Assembly: GCA_000004985.1 (NCBI GenBank)
Contig: GG738886.1
Source: Naegleria gruberi
Taxonomy: Eukaryota
DNA: 64,000 nucleotides
Reading direction: 5' to 3' (one strand)
Of this stretch, positions 9,557 through 20,619 are shown one piece after another. The notes below the pieces were generated by a model, which did no database searches, was not told where the DNA came from, and worked only from the letters and a program-made list of their open reading frames with translations. The position numbers were made by a program, and so were the translations under genes. Position 1 is the stretch's first letter; each line of letters starts with the position of its first letter.

Positions 9557-11635
9557 TTATTCATCATCCTCAATATCTTCGATTTCTTCTTCTGTTTCTG
9601 TTGTCTTTTCAAGAGTTATCTTTTTCTTCTTTGGTTCAATATCACAACCAATAGATTTCAGTACAATTGAAACTTGATCGTATTTGATATGTCTAGAAAT
9701 TGTAATATTTCCCTTAAAACCAATGACAACAATGTTGTCATGAGAATCTTCATCTTCGTCTTTAATCTTAACTAAAACACCACCTGGTTCCATTTGTGAA
9801 ATTTTTTCAGCTTCTTCCTTTTGACCATTTTCTTCGAAAATCTTTGGTGAAACTTGAGGTTCAACTAAGAATTTGATAAAGTTTTCACGATTCAATTCAA
9901 TTTTTCTGTGTGAGTTAGTATTATCCCAGAGTAATGTTGCAGCTTCTTGTGTCATTCTATAACGACATCTCAAAAATTGAGCCTTATTTCTAGCAAAAAC
10001 TCTAATACCACAGTTGATAATGTTAAATTGTTGGCCATCATTCATGTTATGTTCAACAAATTTACGAACGGATGGAGAAATATACATAACTTTTCTGACA
10101 CTGTCAAGTTCTGTGGCACTGTCAGTAGTTCTAAGACAAAATTGTTCATTCTTGAAGTTATCTCTATTAACACCATAAAAATCAAGAATTTTTTCAAGTT
10201 TTTCTGGTTCCATAGATTGAATAGTATCCTTTTGAATACCTCTTCCCTTGAATTGTTTGATTGTTTCTTCAGTATTTTCATTATATTCAGAAATTGGTTC
10301 ATCCAAATCGGCAACCTTCTTAAAGTGAGCAATATAGAAACCACCAGTATTATTTTGATTTGGTAAAATTCTCATAGTGTAATGCATATTCATATCCTTA
10401 ACATCATCTTTAGCAAATTCACTTTCAGTAATTCTGTTATCAGAGTTATATTTACGGGCATATTCGAAAGATGGTAATAATTCTCCTTTCTTTGAAGTAA
10501 CAACCCAATTTGTCATACCTGGCTTGTACTTTAATGATGGGTATCTAGAAGATAAATCTTGTAAAACAAGCTTTCCCTTTGTTCTTCTAATAATTTCAGC
10601 AACTACAGCTTCATCTTCAATAGGATTTAATGTACATGTACTATATACAATTTCACCTCCAACATTTAACATATCAAAAGCTCTCAAAACACAATCAACT
10701 TGTAATTTGTGAAGACCATGACCCATATTTGCCTTCCATTGTCTCCAAACTTGTGGTGATTTTCTGATGGTACCATCTCCACTACACATGATATCACAGA
10801 GAACCTTATCAAATTTGAGTTTTGGTTCAGTAGTAAATTGTGGATACTTTGTAGCATCATGATTTGTAATCATCAAATGTGGGAATAAAAAGTTCAATCT
10901 TTGAAGTTGGTGAACTAATAAATAAGCTCTTTTAACATCATTATCATTGGCAATAACAAATCCCGAAATGTTCTTTGAATCTCCTCCACTACTTTGATAG
11001 AGTAATTCCACAAGTTGTGATGTTTTAGAACCTGGAGCAGCACACATATCAAGAACCTTATCAGATGGTTTCCAATTTGTAAACATCAATGGTGGTAACA
11101 TACTGACAACTTCTTGTCTACAGAAATTACCCTTTTCAGTTTCTCTCATTAAAAAATTTCTAAATTCAGAAAATTCTGGCTGTTTTCTTAATAAATTCTT
11201 TGTAACATGGTCATGCATTTGCCACACAAGATCATCAGGAATAAATGGAACAGGTTTTAAAGAGGCATATTCTGGTTCTGTTTCAACCTTTGATGGTTCA
11301 TGAAGATATTGAGAAACTGCACTGTCATCAATTCTGATTTTAGAAATAGCTTCAGCAAAATTCCTAATCTTTTGTTTTAATTTTTCTTGACTAGATTTTG
11401 GAATTGATTGATTAATTCTGAAAGAAATTGGTAAAGTTTTTCTAAAAGCATCCACCATATCCTTTAATTCCTCTTGTGAGTCAACAACTCTTTGTTGATC
11501 GAAATAATATTGTTCAAAAATTTTGTTTGTTTTTAAATCACCCTTTCTGGTCTTTTCCGGAACCCAAACATTCTTTGATTCTGTTGTTGTTGAAGATGAT
11601 GATGTTTCAGTAGTGGTAGTCGGTTGTTGGCTCAT
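9557..11635 (-). CDS. NSUN2: tRNA (cytosine-5)-methyltransferase, NOL1/NOP2/Sun family (NSUN2/Trm4-like)
   Basis: Contains DMCAAPGSKT (SAM-binding motif), DKVLCDIMCSGDGTIRK (motif IV Cys) and IVYSTCTLNPIEDEAVV (motif VI Cys), 692 aa. Confidence 0.85.
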   Translation of the reverse strand: MSQQPTTTTETSSSSTTTESKNVWVPEKTRKGDLKTNKIFEQYYFDQQRVVDSQEELKDMVDAFRKTLPISFRINQSIPKSSQEKLKQKIRNFAEAISKIRIDDSAVSQYLHEPSKVETEPEYASLKPVPFIPDDLVWQMHDHVTKNLLRKQPEFSEFRNFLMRETEKGNFCRQEVVSMLPPLMFTNWKPSDKVLDMCAAPGSKTSQLVELLYQSSGGDSKNISGFVIANDNDVKRAYLLVHQLQRLNFLFPHLMITNHDATKYPQFTTEPKLKFDKVLCDIMCSGDGTIRKSPQVWRQWKANMGHGLHKLQVDCVLRAFDMLNVGGEIVYSTCTLNPIEDEAVVAEIIRRTKGKLVLQDLSSRYPSLKYKPGMTNWVVTSKKGELLPSFEYARKYNSDNRITESEFAKDDVKDMNMHYTMRILPNQNNTGGFYIAHFKKVADLDEPISEYNENTEETIKQFKGRGIQKDTIQSMEPEKLEKILDFYGVNRDNFKNEQFCLRTTDSATELDSVRKVMYISPSVRKFVEHNMNDGQQFNIINCGIRVFARNKAQFLRCRYRMTQEAATLLWDNTNSHRKIELNRENFIKFLVEPQVSPKIFEENGQKEEAEKISQMEPGGVLVKIKDEDEDSHDNIVVIGFKGNITISRHIKYDQVSIVLKSIGCDIEPKKKKITLEKTTETEEEIEDIEDDE

Positions 11636-11759
11636 TTTTTTTCTTCAAGTATCATTTTGAAATTGCACCATCTTCATCACACCTCTTCGGAACGAATAAT
11701 AACAATAATAAATAAATAAAATTCATCATCAAATAATAATCATGATGAAGAATTTAAAA

Positions 11760-12110
11760 AGAGAATGCCATGCAACCCTCGCCAGTAGTCTGAATTGTGT
11801 TACAGCCCAGTGAGCTGTGTTGTACATCTAACTAAACTTTTGCGGTGTCATCCCAGCCGTTTCAATTGAGAGTTTCCTCCCAAGCCCATTTCTGGTTCTG
11901 GGATATTAGCATTATTGATTTACCAACCTCACTTCTCGTGAGTAAACAACACCTCAGACCTTCCCAGGAGTTATGGTTAATGTGAGTGTTCTTACTTGTT
12001 TAAAGTAATCTCGTATGTATTCTCCTCAATACGTCCAAGCTCAAGATGCAAGCAGACCCCGAAGATTAAATGTAATTTGCATCCTTGTGAAAGATTGGAT
12101 ATTTTTTAGG
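11760..12110. other. GC-elevated ORF-free island (candidate ncRNA gene or regulatory element)
   Basis: About 45% GC against roughly 30% around it, with no ORF in any frame. It contains gctcaagatgcaagcagacc, which matches 17 of 20 positions with a motif in the 21850-22500 island. Confidence 0.25.
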
Positions 12111-12188
12111 AGGTAAGATTTATGGTTTCAAAAAAGAGTTTTCTATATTTTACATAATTCAATTTCACTCAACTATTATTCAAGTTAA

Positions 12189-13101
12189 TTACCAGACATT
12201 CTCACCAGATAGATCGAGTGTGATTGGCTTGTCAAAAACTTCGAGGAAATCTGATAATTGGAAACAATGTTCACATTCGTTTGATATTTCTTTAAGGAGA
12301 GATTCTCTTGGAATAATCTGAGGAAAATCTTGATTAAGACTGTCAAGGAAAAGTGACATTTGTCTGATACCAAGACCCATTACCTTCTTACCAAGAGTCA
12401 CTAATTGTGTGACCATTTCCTGTATTTTAAAAATCCAAATTAATCCTGCTTTTTCTTCTTCCTTTGAGAGTGGATTTCCATTTGTAAAATCATCGTCATC
12501 GGTTTCAGCTGGATGGCCTGTTGGTATATCTCTACAGGTCCATCTAGGGAAACTCAGTGAACCTGAATCATCAGTGTACAGTAATATTTTGACAGATAAT
12601 ATTTTGTAATCAAATTCCTTCAAAAATTCATCATCCTTCTTTGCTCTGTGTAGAACCCTCAGAAAATCCAAGGTGCAATCCTTTGTTCCTTCCAAGAAAT
12701 GTACATAATATTCCTGTCCTTCAAATAATATTCCGTAAAAATCGTCTTCCTTACGTCCAGTTTTATGAAATAAAGCCATATGATATTCTATCATTAATTA
12801 ATCATCCCTATTATCCAGGTTCCCAAAACTTACGTTCGGTAAGACTTCCATTTGTTGTATCTTCTTGATGTTTCTTTGCTACATACAACAATCTGGAATG
12901 TGTCTTTTGGTCCTGTAAATTATTGTGTCTTGCCATAATAACATCCAACAATGAGGATCTTGCTGTTTGAGCAACCTCACTCATCGTTTCCTTTTGGTTG
13001 GCACTTGTTGAAATATTATTTGCGTTGTTTTTTGTTGGCACTGGAGTGGCCTTTCCTATCGATGGGCTTATATTGATGAGACTACTGTTATTGCTGTTCA
13101 T
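12189..13101 (-). CDS. hypothetical protein, 2 exons (about 288 aa)
   Basis: Exon 1 (13101..12834) ends at a GTAAGT donor. A 46-nt intron (12788..12833) ends ..gatag. Exon 2 (12787..12189) continues in frame. Confidence 0.55.
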
Positions 13102-13703
13102 TTCCAGAAAGTGTGGGTGATAAAGTGGTCTCTTTTTTTTTAAAGTTTTATTTGAATTTGTTTTCTGTAGTAAAATTGGGCGGGAATTGTCTAAACTTCA
13201 ATATTAAATACAATAGTCAATAGGAAAGAAAAATTCTTATTGGAAAGTATTAACCAAATAACAGTCCATAGATTAGAGGATGTCATCTCATTATTTGGAC
13301 TTTTCATTTGTTAAGGCAAGAAAACCGTTAAATTGGCAAGTAAAATTCCCAATATTTAACAGTCAACTCAATATTATTATGAATTTACCTTGTTGTGTGC
13401 ATTAGAAATAAAGAATATTCCTTTTTTGTATTTTTGATGGGATGTCGGATTTTTAATAGTGTTGAATTGCCGTTTTTCTGATGATGAATTCAGCCTTTGA
13501 GTATTTTGTAAACGAGCTGTCAATGGTCAATCAGATTTTATTAATAATTTATTGGGAAGCAACCAATAGAATTGATGAAAGTTGGACGTTACAATGGTTT
13601 CATCTTGTCAGACAGCGCGTCAACAATTTTTTTGTTGACTGACAGTATAAATAGTTGAGAAGAAAAACTCAACACAAACATTCTCAAAAAAAACAATCCA
13701 ACA

Positions 13704-14669
13704 ATGAAGATTCTCTTCTCTCTTTTGCTTGTCCTTGTACTTGCCTCACTTGTCAGCTGCCAAACTTACCTCCCATATAATAATGCCACAACATTCTCCT
13801 CCTTCACCAAATATTTTGTTAAAGTTAATGGTGGTTTCAAGGCAGGAATTACATACACTCAAAAATCAAGTAGTATTTGCTTCATGTATGTCTACCACAG
13901 TAGTACTTCATTGAGTACTTCTAATGAATGTTATACAGCAACAATCAATTCTAATACTACAAGATATTTTGAATTGATACCTTTTACTGATGTTTCCAGT
14001 GATACTTTTACTATTTCATATAGTGGATTGGGTATTTGTGAAGGAACTATCAAGATTACTCAATTAAGTCAAGCAGCAGGTGATGTTTCATCAAAGAAAG
14101 CTGTCATTCCATTCGGTTATGCTTTTGAACAAAATTATGATATCATCTTGTATCGTTCAAGTGCATTCGCAATTCCTGCTGGTTACAAAGCTGTTGGTAC
14201 AATTTATGGAATGAGTGGATCATGTGATCTCAAATTCAGTCATTCTGATACAAACTTTTTAACTTTGGGAATGACCAAGGGACAAACTCAATCATTTGAA
14301 CTTATTCCACCAGAAAAGGCAACTTCAACTTCCACTATTTCAATTTCAGCCTCAAGTATTTCCGTTATTTGCCAAGTTCAATATAGTGTTGAACTGAAAA
14401 GTAGAACAGCAACTGATAAGGCCAATGTTGGCGAAGATTCCTCAACATCAGGTTCAGCAAATACAGGTGCTATTGTAGGTGCTGTCTTGGGTACATTGTT
14501 TGGATTGTGTTGTATCGTAACCATTGTTATTATTGCCATAGTTGCATGTATATTTGGTACAGCATGTTGTGCTGCTGGTGTTGCTGGAGGTGCAGCTGCT
14601 GCAGGAGGAGCTGCAGTGGTTGCTACAACAGCCAATCAAAATAATAAGGCTGAAGCTCAATATGTTTAG
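13704..14669 (+). CDS. type-I membrane surface protein (signal peptide, Cys-rich stalk, C-terminal TM)
   Basis: MKILFSLLLVLVLASLVSC looks like a signal peptide. A hydrophobic, Gly/Ala/Cys-rich transmembrane stretch lies near the C-terminus. Confidence 0.6.
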   Translation: MKILFSLLLVLVLASLVSCQTYLPYNNATTFSSFTKYFVKVNGGFKAGITYTQKSSSICFMYVYHSSTSLSTSNECYTATINSNTTRYFELIPFTDVSSDTFTISYSGLGICEGTIKITQLSQAAGDVSSKKAVIPFGYAFEQNYDIILYRSSAFAIPAGYKAVGTIYGMSGSCDLKFSHSDTNFLTLGMTKGQTQSFELIPPEKATSTSTISISASSISVICQVQYSVELKSRTATDKANVGEDSSTSGSANTGAIVGAVLGTLFGLCCIVTIVIIAIVACIFGTACCAAGVAGGAAAAGGAAVVATTANQNNKAEAQYV

Positions 14670-14696
14670 TTTGTTCCAATAAAAAAATTATGAATT

Positions 14697-16864
14697 TTAG
14701 TTCACGTTATTTTTGAATGCCAAATAGGATTTGATGATTAATTTTCCTGGAGAGGTTGATAATCTTTCCAGTAATGTTAGTGTGGTAGCTGTTCCATTGT
14801 GTGGTCTTGGCATGTTGGTGTTTGCTTGTTTGAATTGAGAGTTTAGTAAATTGGTCAGGAATGGTGAAATGGCTGAAATACTATCAGTTTCGAATCTGAT
14901 ATGCCATGAAAATTTGGAAAGTCTTTCATTGAAATCTTTCAAATCAATCAAATTACCATTATCATGTGCCATTTCAGCAAAAGTATCCATAAAAAACTTG
15001 CACAATATTTCGTATTTTTCTAAAATAGTCAAAAGGCCAGTTGAGTGGACTGAGTTTTCAAATGTTTGTTTGATTCTTTCCATGCATTCATGATCGTTGT
15101 GGCATGTCTTGACTAATTCAAAAATATTACTTTCTTGATCGTTGGATTGTTTCTCATTCTCCTTCAGATATAAAATGGAGGAATATTGAGGAGAAGGAAC
15201 TCGAACAAAACCATTTCCATCGTAAACTAAACACTCTTTCACTTTGAAAGGATTACATGTATTAACGTAGGCTTTCACTTCACTAATATTTGAGAATATC
15301 AATGGACTATACTTGGAAAATACAGGACTGTATCTGGTTCTCTCAATAAATATATCTAAATGAGAAAGTTTAGACTTTTCCACATTAAACGATGTTAAAA
15401 GTAAAAACTCCATATTCTCATCCTTTGATATTTCAAATGTTAAGCTTCCAGATTTGTCAAGATTAATATTCTTCTCTGTAATAAATCCAATAACAAGCTC
15501 TTCGATTGATCTATTGAAGATAATTTCAGATCCATTAGATGTAGTTTGAGAGCATACTTTCATTTCTCTATTTACAATATCATAATATACACTAGCAATA
15601 ATGCTATTATCATAAATTTCACAACATTTTGCTTTTTTCCAATTCATATTCTTGTAGGATTGGGCATGACTGTAGGGTAAAATTCTGAGAGGTGGCTTGC
15701 AAAGTATTTCATATGGGGAATCTAAATTTTTTCTGTACAAAACTAAACCATAAAATACTTCTTGAACAAGTGAAGAGTAAGTTGGTGATTCATCAACAGC
15801 TCTCAAATAAATATATTCATTTTCTTCTGTAGTATTCCAAAGGGTATTTTCAATAGAGAAAAATAATCTTAAATTTTCCAATAAAGTCTTGGAATTTGAA
15901 ATATTATTGGCATAGGCCAGAATACTGGATTTGTATAATTTAGTTTCCTCTTCAGTTACTAGATTATCTTTCTTTGTAATTTCATTGAAAACATCTTTCA
16001 ATTCTTGATATTTTGGATAATATTCCTTTTCAAAAAATTTCCAAGATGATTCCTTATGAAAAGATTGCATTATTAAATAGTAAGTGTTGTTAGCAGCTCC
16101 ATAATCTACAATTTTCAAATTAGATGCTATCTGAATACCAAAAATTAAATCTCTAAAGGTATGGGCAATATATTTCCGTTCCTGATAATTTGGAATCTCA
16201 TTTTCATTTTCTAATCGACCCCACTTTCTTCTCGCCATTTGAAAATGTTTACCAGCTTCGCCGACAACAGATAAAATCAATTTTCTGAAATAAATCTTGG
16301 TGTCAGTATGAAGATTTGGAAAATCGCATCTCCACACAAATTGTTCAGGTAAAAAGATGCACATTAAAGATTGCAACCAATTATCATTCAACTTGTTTTG
16401 GAAAACTGAATACTTGTACAAATTAATGTTCAATTCTATATCAGTTCCTTCTACTGAAATATATAAACATTGATATCCTTCAATAAATCCATCAAAAAGT
16501 GATTCAACTTTTGTTTCAATTAATTCCTTCCTTCCAGATTGATACCATTGAGTAGACAAACAATCATCTCTTTCAACTCTATAATATTCATCCATTTCTT
16601 CGTAGAGTTCATTAGAGACGATAATGAAAAAATCATAATCAGCATTTGGCTTTGCAGTTCCATACACTCTTGAGCCTAATAATTAATTCAATCATCATCA
16701 AACTAAAATTTCAGAATTTAATTACCTGTCTGATAAACATTCATCTGAGTTTTACTTTTAAATTTATCCAATTTCATACACTCAAGAATTGTATTAATAT
16801 TACATGAGACTAATGATTCCGAAGATTGACTCGCTGATGATGAGTTCGCTTGATGTTGAGACAT
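14697..16864 (-). CDS. hypothetical protein, 2 exons (about 702 aa)
   Basis: Exon 1 (16864..16726, ATG; MSQHQANSSSASQ...NVYQTG) ends at ACAG|GTAATT. A 50-nt intron (16676..16725) ends ..attag. Exon 2 (16675..14697) continues in frame with the 656-aa ORF. Confidence 0.6.
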
Positions 16865-16964
16865 TTTTTTAGAGTGCATTTTAAAATTACATAAAGTTCA
16901 CAGTTTCAAGTTTACTTGGTTCAATAATTATTATTGAATTATTGAAATTTGCATTGTTGGGTTA

Positions 16965-18132
16965 TTAACATATAATACATGAATCCTTTTCCTTTGTTGG
17001 TGGAACTGTTTGTTCTTTTGGATAATTTGGAGAGTCAAGATTGTGTTTAGCAACCAAATATTTCTCCCACTGAATGGTGAGGAGATTCTTGTAAATGTCA
17101 GTGGATGGTTCCTCTGTAACAATTCTAAACTCTTGAGGTCCATTCATGATAATTTCTCTGTTTGCACCACTCCAACTGAATAGACACTATTTTGATTAGA
17201 GAAAGAATAAAAGATTCATTACTTACAGGGCCAGCTCCATTGTGAAATGGATTAATTTCAATAATTGTTACACCCTTAGTTGGTGAAACAAAGAAATCAA
17301 CGACGAATGAAGGATGGGGAATTCTCTCAATGCAAAACCCATTGAAGAACTCATTAATTTTCTTTAAAATTTCTTCTTTTTGAGCAATTAAATCATCAAA
17401 CTTGAAATCACAAAAGTATTGAGAAATGGCGTTCAATTTCTTTTCGTGTACGAAACATCTAAATTCAAATTGAGGCAATTCAATCATTTCTTCGTTCCAC
17501 TCTCTTAAAATTATCTTACTTTCGTACAATTTCTCACCAAATCCAGTGTTCTTTTGCAAATCCTCATAAATTCTCTGTGATCTTCCCAATAATTCCATTG
17601 CAGATTTTCCACTATTAATTTTCATCGACTTGTTCATTGCTTTAAGGAAAGCAACACAAATATTATTTGGTGTCCTGTCAGAAACTCTTTCCACTTCCTT
17701 ATTTAATTGATTTTGATAACTTTCATCATTATGACACTTCCATGGTACATCTTTTGGACTTCTTGTATTCAATTTAACAAAAGCTCCATCATTAAACTCT
17801 GTATGAGCTGCCAAACATTCATCAATTCTTTTTTCAACATTTTCCAATAAAACAACTTCTTCACTAGTTAAACTTGTTGTTTTTTCATAGGTTTTTGCAT
17901 TCACTTTAAACAAGGATATTAAAGCCAAGGCTTCTTGATAGGATAAATCAACACTTCTAGTTTTGAAGGTAAAAGGTTCCAGCTCTGCAGTACACCATGA
18001 TTCAATTCCGAAACAATTTTGATAATGCTTTCTTCTGTATTGTTCAATTTGATGATCGGCAACTCCTAATTCTCTGATTTGATCATCAGATAGTAAAAAA
18101 GGGCTGGAATAGAAAGAAGGTTGTTGTGACAT
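16965..18132 (-). CDS. CDC123: Cdc123 (D123) family ATP-grasp protein, 2 exons
   Basis: Contains FVKLNTRSPKD, EFRCFV and VTIIEINPFHNGAGP. A GTAAGTAAT donor follows GP (exon 1 18132..17227). A 40-nt intron (17187..17226) precedes exon 2 (17186..16965), which begins CLFSW and matches the human CDC123 LFTWEEL region. Confidence 0.75.
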
Positions 18133-18232
18133 TTTTTTGTTGGATAAAGTTCGTTTGAACTTGGTACTTTTACAAATTACAAGATAAGGTTATTGTATTA
18201 TATAATCATAGAAAAATCCAAAATGAACACCA

Positions 18233-18315
18233 GCCCGCGTAGCAGAGTGGTCAAATGCGTAAGACTTAAGATCTTATCCCGAATGGGTTCGTGGGTTCGA
18301 ACCCCACCGCTGGCA
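18233..18315 (+). tRNA. tRNA-Leu(UAA)-like, long variable arm, one C.U mismatch in acceptor stem
   Basis: GCCCGCG-T-AGCAGAGTGGTCAAATGCG-TAAGACTTAAGATCTTA-variable arm-GTGGGTTCGAACCCCAC-CGCTGGC-A followed by TTTCCTTTT. The architecture parallels eukaryotic tRNA-Leu. Confidence 0.6.
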
Positions 18316-18446
18316 TTTCCTTTTACCTTTGACAGAAAGAAATGGAACTTGAGACTTAATGTATCTTATATGATGTCTATTGACCAGAATTAATATTTTA
18401 AAGTTCCATTCTAACAATTTACAAATTAATTTCCAAAGATAAAAAA

Positions 18447-19595
18447 ATGGGTCAATCACAACCTCAGAAAATTGCACCACCACCACCTGTTTGCTCCTCA
18501 TCTACATCATCATCTTCAATGCCTTTCATTAATTCGGATCGTGTTGAACAACTTAAAAAATCATCTCTCATCAACAAGTTGGCAAATCCTAAAATGTTTC
18601 CAAACAAGATTTTTCATGATTTAATCGAATCAAAAAGTGATCTGAAGAGTGTTGAGAAATATGCAGTTTATAATTATGAAAATTGTTCAATTTTTGAAAA
18701 GGAATTGCCAGATGAATTATTTATTTGTATTTTGGGATTTTTAATGAATCATGAACTTTTCAAATTACAACGAGTTTCCAAAAATTTCAAATATTATTGG
18801 ACTCAAAATAGTTTTTTATGGAGAGGAAGATTGTTGGATGATTACAATAAGATTTTCATGTATTTTAAACCAATTATGCAATCACCAAACAATAGTATTG
18901 TATATTATCATCACTTTATACAAACAATTTTAAGTTCGTACAAAGAAAAATCAGATGTACCCAACTCTATGATTTGTAAACAAGTTTTAATGGGAATGGA
19001 TCAATGTGGTAAATCTGAACTAGCTAAATTATTTTCAGATTCAACAAGATTATTTGATTCAAAATATTCTCGAACCATTGGAGTTGAGTTTTATTCAAAA
19101 GGTTATGAGTATAATAATAATTTACATTGCAAAATTCAATTATGGGATACTGGTGGACATGCAAGGTTTCAATCAATTGCATCAGCCTATAAAAGAGGTT
19201 CCAAGACTATCATTTATTGCTTTGATTTGAGTGATGAAGAGTCTTTTGATCGAATGAAGGAACTTATTGACAATAATAGTGAAAAACCTCAAAATACTCC
19301 TTGGAATGATTATTTACAATGTGAAAGGTTAAGTATGATAATTATTGGATTGAAGAGAGATTTAGTAAGAAAGGTGAAAATGAGTCGAATTGAAAATCTC
19401 CTCCAACAGTTTGTACCCATTATTGATGGTATTTCATTGAAAGATTTGAAAGTTCAATATTTTGAGCTAAGTTGTAAAACTGATGCCAGATGTTACATTC
19501 AATTCCCTCTATTATTTGGATTATTGATGAGTGAGGAAGTAATGATTGAGGATGCATCTATTGACAAGAAGGTAATGGCGGAAATAAAAACTTGA
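18447..19595 (+). CDS. F-box + Rab-like small GTPase (catalytic Gln to His)
   Basis: F-box LPDELFICILGFLMNHELFKLQRVSKNF. P-loop GMDQCGKSEL, switch I YSRTIGVEF, WDTGGHARF in place of WDTAGQE, and GLKRD in place of NKxD. Confidence 0.65.
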   Translation: MGQSQPQKIAPPPPVCSSSTSSSSMPFINSDRVEQLKKSSLINKLANPKMFPNKIFHDLIESKSDLKSVEKYAVYNYENCSIFEKELPDELFICILGFLMNHELFKLQRVSKNFKYYWTQNSFLWRGRLLDDYNKIFMYFKPIMQSPNNSIVYYHHFIQTILSSYKEKSDVPNSMICKQVLMGMDQCGKSELAKLFSDSTRLFDSKYSRTIGVEFYSKGYEYNNNLHCKIQLWDTGGHARFQSIASAYKRGSKTIIYCFDLSDEESFDRMKELIDNNSEKPQNTPWNDYLQCERLSMIIIGLKRDLVRKVKMSRIENLLQQFVPIIDGISLKDLKVQYFELSCKTDARCYIQFPLLFGLLMSEEVMIEDASIDKKVMAEIKT

Positions 19596-19604
19596 TGAGC
19601 ACCA

Positions 19605-19687
19605 GCCCGCGTAGCAGAGTGGTCAAATGCGTAAGACTTAAGATCTTATCCCGAATGGGTTCGTGGGTTCGAACCCCACCGCTGGCA
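19605..19687 (+). tRNA. second identical copy of tRNA-Leu(UAA)-like gene
   Basis: Identical 83-nt sequence plus about 8 nt upstream and about 37 nt downstream flank shared with the copy at 18233. Confidence 0.6.
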
Positions 19688-19796
19688 TTTCCTTTTTCTT
19701 TGCCAGAAAGAAATGGAACTTGATCGAATATATTGCTAAATAATTGCTTTTATATTCAATTTTTGAAATGCAAGTGTGAAAATCCATTCCAAAAAA

Positions 19797-20531
19797 ATGT
19801 TTCTAACTTCCTTCGCTAGTATGATCAGTTTTACCTTGTTCTTTCTGGTCATCGTCAAATCGTTGGGATGGATTTTGAAAAAGCAATTCCCAAATCTTCG
19901 GAAATATGAAACATCCATTAGAAAAATCATTTCTTTTAACAACACTCTATATGGCATACTTTCTGGAGTCTATTGCATATCATTTGTGTTATTCCATCAA
20001 AAACCACAGTCAAGTGATCTATTAATTTATATCTATTACTTGTCCAAAATTTATGAGTTTCTTGATATTGTGTTGGTGATTATTCTGAATCATGCCAAGA
20101 AGAGTGATGAAGGATTGAGTGGTCACTTTGCCATTCATCACATCACTACTCTCAGCTTGGTATGGGCTTGTTTCTATGCTCCTTCTTCAATGATTATGCA
20201 AGAAGACAGACTGTTGAACAAGAAGACTCTGTTGGGAGAAATTCATGTGGCTCCAATTGTAACTAATACTTTCCATCACTTTCTAATGTATATCCATTTG
20301 GGAGGTTATATTAAAATGTTTGGGAGATTGTTGCCTTGGAGTGGTGGACTTCAATTGGTTGTTGGTGTATTGGCAGTAGGATCTCAAGTATTTGAAAAGA
20401 TTTTCCTTTATGGGAAGTGGAATATTCAAGCTGAAGTTTATGTTTGTGTAATGTATGTCATTTACTTTTGTTGTCACATTCGAGATGTGAGAGCCAGTAG
20501 TGCCCCACCTAAAGAAAATGATTCCAAATAA
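19797..20531 (+). CDS. multi-pass membrane protein (ELO/TLC-like His-box HFAIHH)
   Basis: First ATG at 19797. Several hydrophobic helices. The family call is uncertain. Confidence 0.45.
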   Translation: MFLTSFASMISFTLFFLVIVKSLGWILKKQFPNLRKYETSIRKIISFNNTLYGILSGVYCISFVLFHQKPQSSDLLIYIYYLSKIYEFLDIVLVIILNHAKKSDEGLSGHFAIHHITTLSLVWACFYAPSSMIMQEDRLLNKKTLLGEIHVAPIVTNTFHHFLMYIHLGGYIKMFGRLLPWSGGLQLVVGVLAVGSQVFEKIFLYGKWNIQAEVYVCVMYVIYFCCHIRDVRASSAPPKENDSK

Positions 20532-20619
20532 ATATAAATAAATTAGGCAAGATCACATTATTCAACTAATTGTTGGTTAGTCCACTGGCCAATTTTAAAT
20601 TGAGATTAAAGTGAAATTA

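Noticed and set aside
11980-12070. Resemblance of gctcaagatgcaagcagacc / gaccaagatgcaagtagcac to the U2 snRNA GCUAAGAUCAAGUGUAGUA region
   Set aside because: The similarity needs several indels, GUAGUA is not conserved, and no Sm site or flanking U2 stems were found. It is kept only as a generic ncRNA candidate.
16931-17147. Two overlapping small minus-strand ORFs downstream of Cdc123
   Set aside because: 16965..17147 is accounted for as Cdc123 exon 2 after a 40-nt intron. 16931..17143 is an out-of-frame shadow.
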